Shown in pieces: positions 35,259-47,297 of a stretch of 64,000 bases of DNA. The notes under the pieces were generated by a model that was given only the letters and a program-made list of their open reading frames with translations, did no database searches and was not told the origin of the DNA. How positions within the stretch are numbered: position 1 is the first letter of the stretch; each line of letters opens with the position of its first letter. A program made the position numbers and the translations under genes. Source of the stretch: Epithemia pelagica (lineage: Eukaryota > Protista > Bacillariophyta); assembly GCA_946965045.2 (NCBI GenBank), contig OX337238.1:992001-1056000 (forward strand), in the 5' to 3' direction.

Positions 35259-38200
35259 CGGACCTGGGGAAAGTGGAAGATAAGCATACTAACCATGATG
35301 GTATATATGTTCACCACTTTCTTCCTTAGGCACGCCATAGACTGGTTGATTGTTGGTATCGCATACCAAGCAGTAATGGGGATCCTGATAATGACGGAAC
35401 TCGTCACGTATATCGTGGACGACGATCCCGAAGAGGAACAGGACCCACAAGATTGGTTATCGCGGGCTCTCCACGCCACCAACAAAGGTATAGAGAGAGT
35501 AGCTGGCAGATTGCACGCCCGAATCAAGTCGAACCGGAACGGACGAATGCGCAGCATCCAGCACCAACTCAACACAAGACGAAGGCACAAAGTGAGTTTC
35601 AGAGTCCTTGCAGCCGTCATCGCCATGTCAGCAGGAATGTCCAACGGAGCACGACAGGTCGGAACCTTCGACACTGACTCACGCTTGGTTGGCATCGACA
35701 ATCGATGCTCAGGATGCATCAGTCACAGGAGGGAAGATTTCCCAGGAGAACTGACAGAATGCAAACGAGCAATCAAGGGATTCGGAGGGGCCAGAACATA
35801 CAATGTTTGGCAAGGTACCCTCCAATGGGACTGGGACGACGACCAGGGAATCCCCCACAGGATGACAATCCCACGATCGTATTACGTACCCGAAGGATAC
35901 GTCAGGCTGCTGAGCCCACAGCACTGGGCCCAAACGCGAAAGAACCAAGACAAACGAGGTGGAGCAGGTACAACAACAACTGCCCAGCACGTCACCCTGT
36001 TTTGGAACAAGAGGGAGAACAGGAAGACTGTTCCCATCGACAGCGAACATACCAATGTCGCAACATTCGCCCTGTCAGGGGGATACGAATCGTATCACCG
36101 ATACTGCAGGGAAACCAACACCGGAACCAAGGATGACGACCGGGATCCAATCACCATCGATGAACTCCGAGTCGATGCAACCGTAGTGTCCGACGACGAG
36201 GAGGCATCCGATGACGATAACGGTGAATCAACACAGGAGCAACAGGATCCAAGTGATTGGCCAATGGAGGACGAACAAAACGACAACAACAAACCACGTG
36301 AGTTCGACATAAACGGTAAACAGGCCACCACATTGGACGAGCCAGCTCCAAACATCATCATAGATGAGGAAGAAAGGCTCCCAACACCAACCGCAGAGTT
36401 GCTCCAATGTCATTACGACTTCGGACACTTACCGTTCACGAAACTTCAAAGAATGGCAAGGGACGGAACCCTTCCATCACGACTCTCAAAATGCAAGGTG
36501 CCAGTCTGCTCTGCGTGTCAGTATGGAAAAGCGACCAAGCGCCCATGGAGATCGCGAAACGGACGCGACCGAGAGGCGGAGCGACCACCGAGCAAACCAG
36601 GAGAGGTAGTGTCAGTAGATCAAATGGAGTCACCAACTCCAGGACTGATCGCACAAATGACCGGTTTTCTAACGAAGAAGCGGTATAAGTACACTACAGT
36701 CTATGTCGACCAAGCGACGGGACTGGGATTTGTCTACCTCCAAAAGTCATCAGGCGCCGAAGAGACGCTAGAAGGAAAACTAGCCTTCGAACGGTACGCT
36801 ATGGCTAGAGGAGTAAAGATAGCTGCATACCACGCCGACAATGGCATCTTCAAGGCCAAGGCGTGGGTCGACGCATGCAATCGACAAAACCAACCACTGA
36901 CTTTTGCCGTGTGGGAGCTCATCACACCAACGGCAAGGCCGAAAGGCGGATCAGAGAGTTGCAAGACATGGCCAGAACCATGTTGATCCACGCCAACAGG
37001 CGATGGAAGAATGCAATAACCGCGAACCTATGGCCCTACGCCATAAGACACGCAAACGACTGCCTAAATGCTGCACCAAACATGCAACAACCAAGCAAGC
37101 GCTCACCGCTACAGCTATTTAGCAATACACCGGTGAACGTGAATCGAAAGCACTGGAAGCCGTTCGGTTGTCCAGTGTATGTCCTGGACGAAGCTCTCCA
37201 GGGAAACAAGCCCTACCATAAGTGGAAGCAAAGGGCAAGAGTGGGGATCTACTTGGGACAGTCCCCAATCCACAATAGGAACGTGGCAACGGTCCTGAAC
37301 CGATTCACGGGACATGTTAGCCCGCAATTTCACGTCAAGTTCGACAAGAGCTTCGACGCTCCAAGACAAGGATTCCTGGAGTCACACTGGCAGTACAAGA
37401 CACATTTCAGCGCAACACCAGAGCGCGCAAATGTACACCGAACGCCGGAGCCAGAGGGAGGCCAAACGCCACCAAAAACTGGCAACAAAAGGGCGAGAAT
37501 CCAGGATCCAACTGAAACTCCAGCCAGCGAACCAACCCAACAACAGAATGATAATGCGCAACCACGAAACGAAAGTCCGCCAACGATCCCAACTGAGGAT
37601 GGCCAAGACCCCAGTGAGACAACCGGGACGCCGAACACAACGGGGGAGGGCTCGACTAGTCGACAACAGAGAAGACGAACAACAAGTGATCGGCGAGGAC
37701 AGAGGGAGCAGGGCGGTAGCACTCCCACTGAACCATCACCATCACAAAAGACACGGTTCGGCAGGACAATAAGACCTGTACAGCGGCTGATTGAAATAAT
37801 GACGACTGAAATAGTCGCGAACACAACATAAAGCGAGCAGGCTGTAGAAGGTGAATTGTTTTGTCTCGAGACCATGTTCCCACATGATCCACCAGCATCA
37901 CCCAACGAATCATTGCTCGCATACAAAGCAGCGGCATCGGATCCAGATACTATGTATCACCATCAAGCGATGAAGGAACCGGACGCAGAGCAATTCATGA
38001 ACGGGATGCAACAGGAAATGGACAGACAATTCACGGATGGAAACTTCTCAATCATCCACCGAAGCCAAATCCCAAAAGGGGAAAAGATTTTCCCAGGGGT
38101 ATGGCAGATGAGGAGAAAAAGGGACATCAAAACCCGAGAAATAAAGAAACACAAAGCACGACTCAACTTTGATGGGTCGCGCATGGAAAAGGGAATCCAT

Positions 38201-39570
38201 TACGACCAGACCTATGCACCCGTTGCCTCATGGGCATCAATAAGGCTCATCCTTGCCTTGGTCGCCGCAAACAAATGGCACACCACGCAAATCGACTACG
38301 TACTCGCTTACCCGCAGGCACCAGTTGAACGCGAGGTCTATATGGAGATTCCTCGCGGGTACGAACTCGCGGACGGAAAGAACAAGCAGGACTACGCATT
38401 CAAACTCCATGCAAACTTATACGGGCAGAAACAGGCGGGTCGAGTATGGTACCAGTACCTCTCGAAGCGACTGGTCGAGGACGTGGGATTCACTAAGTCC
38501 AAAATCGATGAGTGTGTGTTTTATAAAGGGAGCACAGTGTACGTGTTGTATACAGATGACTCCATAATAGCAGGGCCAGATCAAGAGGAGATCGATCAAG
38601 TCATACAGGAGATACAAGACGCAGGGCTAAATATCACGGTGGAGGGTGACATAAAAGACTTCCTGGGGGTAAACATCGAACAGCAACAAGATGGGACAAT
38701 ACTGTTCACCCAACCACACCTGATTGACAAGATCCTGTCAGCCCTTAGACTGGACGGCAAGGAGGCAAAACCCAAGGACGCCCCAGCCGCATCATCCAGG
38801 ATCCTCAAGCGTCACGATGATTCATCACCTTTTGATAACCACTTCAATTACCGATCGGTCATCGGAATGATGAATTTCCTCGAAGCCGGATCGAGGAGTG
38901 ATATATCATACGCAACACACCAATGTGCTCGATTTTGTTCCAACCCACGCAAGGAACACGGTGACGCAGTGAAATGGCTAGGTCGGTATCTGCTGGGAAC
39001 AAGAGACAAAGGAATGACCTTCCAACCAGACCAAGACGCAGGATTGGACGTGTACGTGGATGCCGATTTCGCAGGCAACTGGGACCCAAAGCAACCCGAG
39101 ACCGATGCGGATACGGCACGGTCGCGACACGGATACATCATCCGCTACAAGGGATGCCCCGTCGTGTGGAAATCACAGTTACAGACAGAGATCGCCCTGA
39201 GCTCGACGGAGAGCGAATACACGGGGTTGTCATACGCTTTGAGAGAAGCCATCCCATTGATGGAGATACTGAAGGAGCTGAAGGGACATGGCATCGATAT
39301 CGCCGACACCAGGGCCAAACTACACTGTAAGGTCTTCGAGGACAACAGTGGGGCGCTGGAGATGGCAAAGGTCCATAAATTTCGACCACGAACCAAGCAC
39401 CTGAACGTAAAACTCCATCACTTTAGGGGCTACGTGGAACGAGGGGATATCACGATCCACGCTATTCCTACCACGGAACAACTGAGTGATTACCATTGGC
39501 ACAAAATGTTTTGGCACCACTGCGAAAGATGGTGATGGGATGGACGACTACAATTGTGCGCGAGAGGGAG
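35259..39570 (+). pseudogene. pol: Copia Pol, in frame with gag after TGA; lesions: 1-nt deletion near 36909, TAA at 37829-31, small deletion near 39493
   Basis: IDNRCSG protease-like site, H..FGH/C..C, SVDQ, ADNG, GAHHTNGKAE, KARLNFDGS, YTDD, YVDADFAG, SSTESEY, FEDNSGA. Confidence 0.9.
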
Positions 39571-39757
39571 TGTTAAAATATTGGACATATCGCCTCGCAT
39601 GCTCAACGGTCACAACGTATGCGCTACACAATTTTGGGGAACGTACACACGATTCCTACGGGATCACTCCATTCCATTCCACCCCTGATTTAACCTTATA
39701 ATCTCTTTTGCCACCTGAGTCCAACTCATCTACTTGGGCCGTAGGAGAGTTTTCACA
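39571..39757 (+). repeat. 3' LTR
   Basis: Near-identical to the 5' LTR and preceded by the PPT. Confidence 0.95.
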
Positions 39758-39785
39758 GGATTGATCGACATTCTCGAGATTCGAG

Positions 39786-41057
39786 ATGATTCAAACCATG
39801 GTGGTCACTTCTTTCCTTCCAATAAAGACCCATTCCCTAGCCAGTCGGCCCAAAGAACGCTTCATGTTCAGCTTTTTGGCAGTAGCGTTGTTGTTTCTGA
39901 TAGTTTCTTGCTGTCAGTGGCCAACCTTAACAAGACTCACGTCGGGTTCATCCTCGTTGAACGACGTAGATCGAGTCACTACAGACACGGGTATCTCAGG
40001 CATACATGAGCCACTTCCAGAGATTGCGTGGCTTTTATCCTTCCCCAACTCAGGAACATCCTATACGTTGGCGTTGATCGAATCCGCATCGAACCGTTCC
40101 ATTGCCAGCAACTACGGCATGGAGTTCTCCAACAAACATTATCCAGAACCCTTGCCCGTATATCCACAGTATCCTCAAGGCCCTTTCTGGGAAGGCCTCG
40201 AGTCCGATGTTCGATTTTCCACCACCGTTCGATCATTACCGGATCACTATATCCTGACCAAGACGCATTGCGGGGGTCGATGCATCAAGTGCACTGCGTC
40301 GAGTTATCTTCAAAATGCCACCACATTTCTGGATGCCTGTAAGCGAACGACCTTTCGTCAAAAATCGGACGATTCGTCCGAACAAGCACAGAATCAAGAA
40401 GGTACCATCGATGAAACACGAGTGGCGCGTGCCGTCCACTTGATTCGCAACCCTCTGCACAATGTCGTTTCTCGCTTTCACCTCGAAGCCAAACACTGGA
40501 ATAAAAAGAAACAAGGCTTGACCGATTATCACAAGTTGATGATTCCGATCAATGCGACTGGTTTCCGACAGTATTGCTCTCGTTTAGACAAGAGTTCATC
40601 GTTGGATGCAGAATTTGACTATATTTGGAGTACGATTGCCAAGGAATGGCCTGCCTCCAAGTACCGACCGGCTGATAGCAAGAAAGTGAAAGGCTGGTTT
40701 CGATTGATTCCTTGTCGAGCAGAGTTTGTCAAGTATGTCAAGTGGCATGATCATATCCTTCACAGTGTCTTGCCAGCGCTGGGACCCAACCCGTTTTCCA
40801 AGCCTGTCCCTGCCTATACGCTCTACTACGAAGACTATGGTCATGACCTTCCCTATATCACGAGGCGTGTTTTGGAATTTTTGCAATTGCCCAATGTTAT
40901 CAAGAATGAATCCAACTACCGTCCATTTCGAATCTCGAACTACGACGATCACTATGAAAAGCATGAAAAACAGGCCATTGCCTTGTTGTTGCGTGCCATG
41001 GCAACACCTGAAACGTGGAGAAGGATCCGCCATTATGTTCGAGACTGGTTTGTGTAG
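39786..41057 (+). CDS. Type II membrane sulfotransferase-like protein
   Basis: N-terminal membrane anchor; LLSFPNSGTSYT (5'-PSB-like), LTKTH, VHLIRNPLHNVVSRF (3'-PB-like) and LYYED. Confidence 0.7.
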   Translation: MIQTMVVTSFLPIKTHSLASRPKERFMFSFLAVALLFLIVSCCQWPTLTRLTSGSSSLNDVDRVTTDTGISGIHEPLPEIAWLLSFPNSGTSYTLALIESASNRSIASNYGMEFSNKHYPEPLPVYPQYPQGPFWEGLESDVRFSTTVRSLPDHYILTKTHCGGRCIKCTASSYLQNATTFLDACKRTTFRQKSDDSSEQAQNQEGTIDETRVARAVHLIRNPLHNVVSRFHLEAKHWNKKKQGLTDYHKLMIPINATGFRQYCSRLDKSSSLDAEFDYIWSTIAKEWPASKYRPADSKKVKGWFRLIPCRAEFVKYVKWHDHILHSVLPALGPNPFSKPVPAYTLYYEDYGHDLPYITRRVLEFLQLPNVIKNESNYRPFRISNYDDHYEKHEKQAIALLLRAMATPETWRRIRHYVRDWFV

Positions 41058-41885
41058 TAGGAGGCGAATGATCAAGTTCTTGAGGTAATTGGTATTTCCC
41101 CACTTTTGGACGAAGGCAACTCACCCGGCTCGTCCTTCGCGTTTGTTCATCCTTCTCTACGTGTTGTACGAGTACAAAGGAAGAGTTTGGAAGGTTCACA
41201 ACGGGACGGAAACAGATGGATGTAATACTCTTTGAGAAGAATTTGATGAGTTTCAGGCTCCTACACCACCCCCGATTGTCGAACTACCCTTTGGTCATCA
41301 TGCCGCTCTTTGCTTCCCTTGTACCTTATGAGGAGTATCTGCATTCCCTGGTCCAAGAGTGTCGTCATCTTCAACAACACTATCATATACTACGACCCAC
41401 CACACAGCAACCAAGAACATCAACGATGATCACGGTGGAGCAACGGGCGAAATCCTCCACTTATTTTCTTTATAATGTGATCGAGTAGGAGCAGCAACAA
41501 GCTCAGCAGGCAGTTTCGGCACCTCTACAGCCACAGGCAGCCCGATGGGATCCGGGGAAATTTTGGTCGTTCGGGACGCATCAAGGGCTCGGTTTGTTGC
41601 TGCAGCCACTGCCGTTCTCACGGAGTATAGAATCAATCGACAGACCATAAATACTTGTACTCAAGAAATAATAGTTTCGTTGTTTATAATCACATCACGA
41701 TTTGGACGTCGTTTATTCTACATGGACTGAACATTGCGACGACTGGTGAATGGATTGGCGAGTTCTTTAGGAATTTTACTTCTTACCTGGACGGAGCCCA
41801 TTTTCTTTTCGCCAATATTGCTCGCATTCTCTGCTATATGCCGAATGCCGACTATCCCCCGGGAACTTAGCCTTCGTAAGGTACC

Positions 41886-42030
41886 TTAGGCTATCTCCAC
41901 CCGAGCGCCGCTATGCTGACGTATTGGGGCTTTCTGATTGGCCTCGCTATCCGGATAGCGGAATAGCGGAGCCTAACGGAAATAAACTCCACGATCTCCG
42001 TTAAAAGAACGCCGCTATCTCGCGTTGCGC
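41886..42030. repeat. Palindrome cluster, possible solo Harbinger/Tourist-like terminus
   Basis: TTA|GGCTATCTCCAC, perfect 16-bp palindrome CGCTATCCGGATAGCG (41945-60) and repeated CGCTAT/ATAGCG. No matching opposite end found. Confidence 0.35.
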
Positions 42031-42744
42031 GTACGCCCTCTCTTGTTTCGGTTAAAAAGGGGTCTGCGGCTTGCGGAATTCAAACAAGACAATCAACGAG
42101 AGCACAAAGCATAAACCAAAGATGGAGGACTCGTTGTTCTCCCTCTTCATTGTTGACTGTCATGGTGAATCGCCTTATCCAGTGAGAGAAAGTCATGTCC
42201 CCCGGCTCGGCTCCAACTGCTGTGCCTCCTCGCTCCTTGTTTTGGGGCCAGTGGGGGACATCGGACTCGGAACAATTCAAGATATGGATAAAATTCCCGA
42301 ATAAAACTCATCACCAATCACCAAGCATGAGAGCGCGGTAAGAGGACTGCCTATCATACATGCCGAGCGAAGCATTCCAAAGCACGTGTGACCTTTAAAT
42401 TCATTATTCAATAAGGACCGACAAAACATGCGTTCTCGTTAGCAAGCTCGATCACACAAAATCATTCAGAGAAACAAAAAATTATGGCTCAAGTTGTTCA
42501 AACGAGAGGTTCCCGGGATGACACATGTCATGTGCTTCTGAGAATCGGATTTCTGATGACCGAACACACAAGTGAGAGAGCCGGCCGTATCATCCCACCG
42601 TTGACGTATCACGGAATGGGATGACGAAGTTCCTCTGTGAGGGGTGATGGAGCTCAATTTTGTCTCACAATTCTGGGTTTGGATCAGATCCAATCTCATC
42701 TTCGAAGGTCGAGAACCAACAAGCAAGTACACAACCCAGTAACT

Positions 42745-44090
42745 ATGAAGGTCTTGTACGCAATCATTCTGGCCATTTTGGCCCTTTCTGTCCAGACAGA
42801 ATCCCGAACGATTCGATCCTTGGAAGAAGAAGTAAGTCATTACTGTTATCGATTTATGGACCGTCATATGTTGTTGTTCTCGAGCTGACCAATCGATGTT
42901 TCAATCAGCCATCGAAAGGAAAGGGCAAGGGTAAAGGAGAGGGTGACAGTGATTACTCTAAGGGCAAAGGAAAAGGCAAAGGTGGTGACGATGACTACTC
43001 TAAAGGCAAAGGAAAAGGAAAAGGCAAGGGTAAAGGTGAAGATGATTCTCCCAAGAGCAAAGGCATGGGCAAGAAGGAAAAAGGCGAAGATGATACTTCG
43101 AAAGGAAAAGGCAAGGGCAAGGGCAAAGGTGAAGATGATTCTTCGAAAGGAAAAGGAAAGGGCAAGGGCAAAGGAAAGGGTGATGAGTATTCGAAGGGCA
43201 AAGGAAAAGGCAAGGGATATGAACCTGCACCCTATTACTCGAAAGGCAAGGGCGTTGAGCCCACACCCAAACCAACAACAAAGCCGACTCCCAATCCCAC
43301 TCCCCAACCCACTCCCAAACCCACTCCCAAGCCGACTCCCAAACCAACACCAAAGCCGACTCCCAAACCGACTCCTAAGCCTACGCCTAAGCCCACCCCC
43401 AAGCCGACTCCTAAGCCAACCCCCAAGCCGACCGATAAGCCTACGCCGAAGCCCACCCCCAAACCGACTCCCAAGCCAACCGACAAGCCTACTGTGAAAC
43501 CTACTGCTGCTCCACCAGCCAAGGGCAAAGGAAAGGGATATGAAGAACCATCCAAGGGCAAGGGTAAAGGAAAGGGATATGAGGAACCATCCAAGGGCGA
43601 GGGTAAAGGAAAGGGATATGAGGAACCATCCAAGGGCAAGGGTAAAGGAAAGGGTAAGGGATCTTCCGACTATGATCTTCCGAGATGCCGCAAGAGTGAA
43701 TTTGTCGTGTCGCAGGCATGGAACGGCCCAGTTCTTCTCCCTGATGGAACCATTGTGGAGCTCACGGAAGAGAACCCGTATGCCCCTCCTGGTCTTGGAG
43801 TTCAAGTGGCATTTGTTGGAGAGGTTTTCAATATGGGTCACAAGTATGTTGTGGGTAACAGTATTGAGTCCTGTACACGACTTGATAAGGCCAATGTGTG
43901 GCACTGTGAAGGTACCCTTGTGGATTTGTATGGCTGCAAGGGTCAATTGTCCTTTTCGGGTGTGTTTAAAGACGAGACGTGGACTGGCGAGTTTGTAATC
44001 ACTGGCGGAACAGGTGACTTTGCTGGTGCAACTGGTATTATTACAGACGAGGTTGATGATTATTCTATTCGAACAATCAATATTGACTAA
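42745..44090 (+). CDS. Secreted Lys/Gly-rich, PKPT-repeat, dirigent-like protein, paralog B (exons 42745-42831, 42909-44090; 422 aa)
   Basis: Same architecture and intron position as paralog A; differs mainly in repeat-unit number. Confidence 0.85.
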
Positions 44091-44884
44091 GCAAAGGCTG
44101 GTCGAAACAACCAAACAATGTGACACTTGCATCCTTTACTTATTTGATTGAGACTGTCTATGGATGGAATACGTACTTCCCACGTTGCAACTCCTTTATC
44201 GCGGCTTGCAACTGATAACGTTCTCGTCGATGAGGTTGGCTTATGAATTTTTGTGTCTGGGCATTTTGATTGGCCCTGCAGTTCATAATCTAATAATCTC
44301 ATTCTTTGTCGTGTACATGGAGTTCTTTAGTGGGAAAGCGATTTCGCACACAGGTTTCTCGTAGTCTCCCTTTGTGTAATCCGACGGAACCATACAAGCA
44401 TGTTGAGCCACATAATGATGGGAGACACCAAACAGTTCTCCACTTTCATTGTTCCTCTCCTGATCTTATCTCTCTATTCTCAACCTCATGCATCGTTTTC
44501 GAAGTACAGTAGATGGAACAACAAGGAAAGGCAGCTTCATGAGTCTTCATCGCCGTGATCTGTTCCTAGGGATTCACAGGAAAACTCGAGTTCCGTTTTG
44601 GTCGCGTATGCAGATTAGAAGACGCTTGTGGGTCGCTCAAGTTCATTCCGATCGCGTCAGAGAAGACTGCGCGTACGTACTTTTCTTTACTGAGTGGAAC
44701 GTTGAAAGGGATCTGAATCATAACCATGTTGTGAATACATGAAAGAAAGGCTTCGCTTTTCTCTCGCCTTGTTCCATATATTCAATCCAAAAGGAGGGAG
44801 AGGAAAGATATTGTATGAGAATTTGAAAAGATGGTTTCGATGGGAAAGTATTTTGGAGGCAAAACCTCATGGACGAGCGAATTG

Positions 44885-46720
44885 ATGCTGTTGTCGCTGA
44901 TGATGTGCGAAGCTTTTTCCCAGGGAGCAATGGCGTTTGTCCTTTCCACCGCTTCACATCGACACTATCATTCGGCCCCGTGTGAAAGACATCCAGGCGC
45001 CTTGCAATGGAACGTCAGGCCATCCGCAACAGCACGAAGTCTAGTCGTTTCGGCCCCTGATGTGTTCAATGTTCCCTCCTACATCGAATCGGCCCAAATG
45101 GTGGAATATCTAAAGGGCCTACCTCGTCCGTCGTCGCGTCCGGCAAAGGTCATTGTCATGGGTGGTGGTTTGGCGGGTTTAAGTACCGCCAAACATTTGG
45201 TGGATGCGGGTCATGTACCCATTGTCGTGGAAGCCCGGAATGTGCTTGGTGGCAAAGTTGCCGCGTGGCGAGATAAAGACGGGGATGTGTCAGAAACAGG
45301 GTTGCATGTGTTCTTTGGTGCCTATCCCAATGCCTTGCAATTGTTTGATGATTTGAAAATTTCCGATCGGCTACAGTGGAAGGCGCACCAAATGTATTTT
45401 GCGAAACCAGGAAGACCCACACGAGAATTTTCCGTCTTTGATTTCCCCTCCGGCTTGCCCGCACCACTCAATGCGGCATGGGCAATTCTAACTTGTACCG
45501 ATATGCTCACATGGCCAGAAAAACTACGGCTGGGATTTGGATTACTCCCGGCCTATATCTTTGGACAGTCTTACGTTGAAGAACAGGAAAGTATTACAGT
45601 GCAAGAATGGTTGGATGAACGAGGGATTCCGCAGTCAGTATCCGATCAAATATTTTTGGCCTTGTCCAAAGCCTTGGGATTCATTGGTCCCGAGCGCTTG
45701 AGTATGCAGTGTGTTTTAATCGCGTTGAATCGATTCTTGCAAGAAACTTCAGGATCTCGGATCGCCTTCTTGGATGGAAGCCCTTCTGAACGATTGTGTG
45801 AACCACTTCAAGACTACATTGAAGGTAAAGGTGGTGGGGTCGTCCGTCTCAATTCTCCTGTAAAACGTATTCTCGTGAACAACGACGAGGAACGTTCTGT
45901 TGCAGGCTTGTTGTTGGACGGTAATGAAGTTATTTCTGGTGACTTTTATGTCAATGCCATGCCGGTGGATGCGCTGAAAACCTTGATTCCGGAGGAGTGG
46001 CGCAACACAATGCCGTACTTTGACAACTTGCAAAGTTTGCGTGGCGTACCCGTCATGAATATTCACTTGTGGTTTGATCGCAAACTGTCCACAGTGGACA
46101 ATTTGATTTTTAGTCGATCGCCCTTGTTAAGCGTTTATGCCGACATGAGTGAAACCTGTGCCGACTATGCGTCCCGCAACGCCAGTATGTTGGAATTGGT
46201 GTTGGCACCCGCCGCACCGTACATGCAACAATCGGACGATGCCATTCTTAATATTACGTTACAAGAATTGGAACGCTTGTTTCCTCAAGAAATTCAAGCA
46301 GATCAGTCAGCACCGTCATCATCATCTTCGTCACAGTTTGCCAAGGTGACCAAGTTTACCTTGGTTCGCACGCCCACATCAGTCTTTACCACGGTTCCTG
46401 GGATGGAAGAAGCCAGGCCGACACAAGCTTCTCCCATTTCCAATTTTGTTTGTGCTGGAGATTTTAGCAAGCAAAGGTATTTGGCTTCCATGGAAGGAGC
46501 CATTCTCTCTGGGAAGTTGGCCGCAACAGTTGTGGCCGACAAATGGATTGGAATGGAAACGGTGGATACTAATACGAGACCCCGCCAATTGACGGAACGA
46601 CCGCGTGATATTGATGCGGAAAATGTCATTACACCAGATCGCACCATGTACATCACACAGAGATCGACGGGAATCCCATCTGATGTCCAACAAGAGCTGG
46701 CATCCGTCCCAACGCCATAG
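44885..46720 (+). CDS. PDS: 15-cis-phytoene desaturase, plastid-targeted
   Basis: GGGLAGLSTAK FAD motif, GGKVAAW.D.DGD..ETGLHVFFGAYPN, LNRFLQE and YLASMEGAILSGK. N-terminal signal peptide ending AMA-F (ASAFAP-like). Confidence 0.93.
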   Translation: MLLSLMMCEAFSQGAMAFVLSTASHRHYHSAPCERHPGALQWNVRPSATARSLVVSAPDVFNVPSYIESAQMVEYLKGLPRPSSRPAKVIVMGGGLAGLSTAKHLVDAGHVPIVVEARNVLGGKVAAWRDKDGDVSETGLHVFFGAYPNALQLFDDLKISDRLQWKAHQMYFAKPGRPTREFSVFDFPSGLPAPLNAAWAILTCTDMLTWPEKLRLGFGLLPAYIFGQSYVEEQESITVQEWLDERGIPQSVSDQIFLALSKALGFIGPERLSMQCVLIALNRFLQETSGSRIAFLDGSPSERLCEPLQDYIEGKGGGVVRLNSPVKRILVNNDEERSVAGLLLDGNEVISGDFYVNAMPVDALKTLIPEEWRNTMPYFDNLQSLRGVPVMNIHLWFDRKLSTVDNLIFSRSPLLSVYADMSETCADYASRNASMLELVLAPAAPYMQQSDDAILNITLQELERLFPQEIQADQSAPSSSSSSQFAKVTKFTLVRTPTSVFTTVPGMEEARPTQASPISNFVCAGDFSKQRYLASMEGAILSGKLAATVVADKWIGMETVDTNTRPRQLTERPRDIDAENVITPDRTMYITQRSTGIPSDVQQELASVPTP

Positions 46721-47297
46721 CTACTTCTAGTGACTTTTTTACCATGCTGTGGTATTCCCATGCTCAGAATGCTACATTAGCTACTGCTGTGATCTACGAG
46801 ATATGATCTACTGCCTCACCTCCCGTAGAAAAAGGAGGTCACTCCATGAAAGAAAGGCATCAATTAAGCCTCGAACAACTTGTAAAATAGACGTGAACTG
46901 AAGGATACGACTGGGGTAGAAATTTATGTAGCACAATTCTATCCATGAGCTCGATATCAATACCGATCCAAGTTGCGAAAGTCTCTCATATACGAGTACA
47001 TACTCCTTAGCGTTACGATGTTGGCAGGGTCCCGATGACCTACTCTAAGGGCTTATTCATCAGATGTCACGGAGTCTTCCCCAACCAGCAACCAGCTACC
47101 ACAGGACTGGAGAAGCGGATTGGTATTGAAATAAATAAAACTTTTGACCTTTCCGGACGGTGATTTTCAGGCTCGATGAGAAATCCACAGATAGACTGCA
47201 ATATATAGAAACAGCAAATGATGGAAAGAGCACCAAGAGACAAAGTAGTATATTGTCAGACATCATCATCATCACTGCGATTCTGTATATCAGGACC

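Larger units (their letters stand above)
33411..39757 (+). mobile_element. Ty1/Copia LTR retrotransposon (CoDi-like), full length, pol disrupted
   Basis: 187-bp TG...CA LTRs, GGATTG on both flanks, domain order gag-PR-IN-RT-RNaseH, polypurine tract CGAGAGGGAG at 39561-70. Confidence 0.95.

Noticed and set aside
30383-44132. 415-aa and 422-aa antisense ORFs over the KG/PKPT genes
   Set aside because: Mirror of low-complexity repeats.
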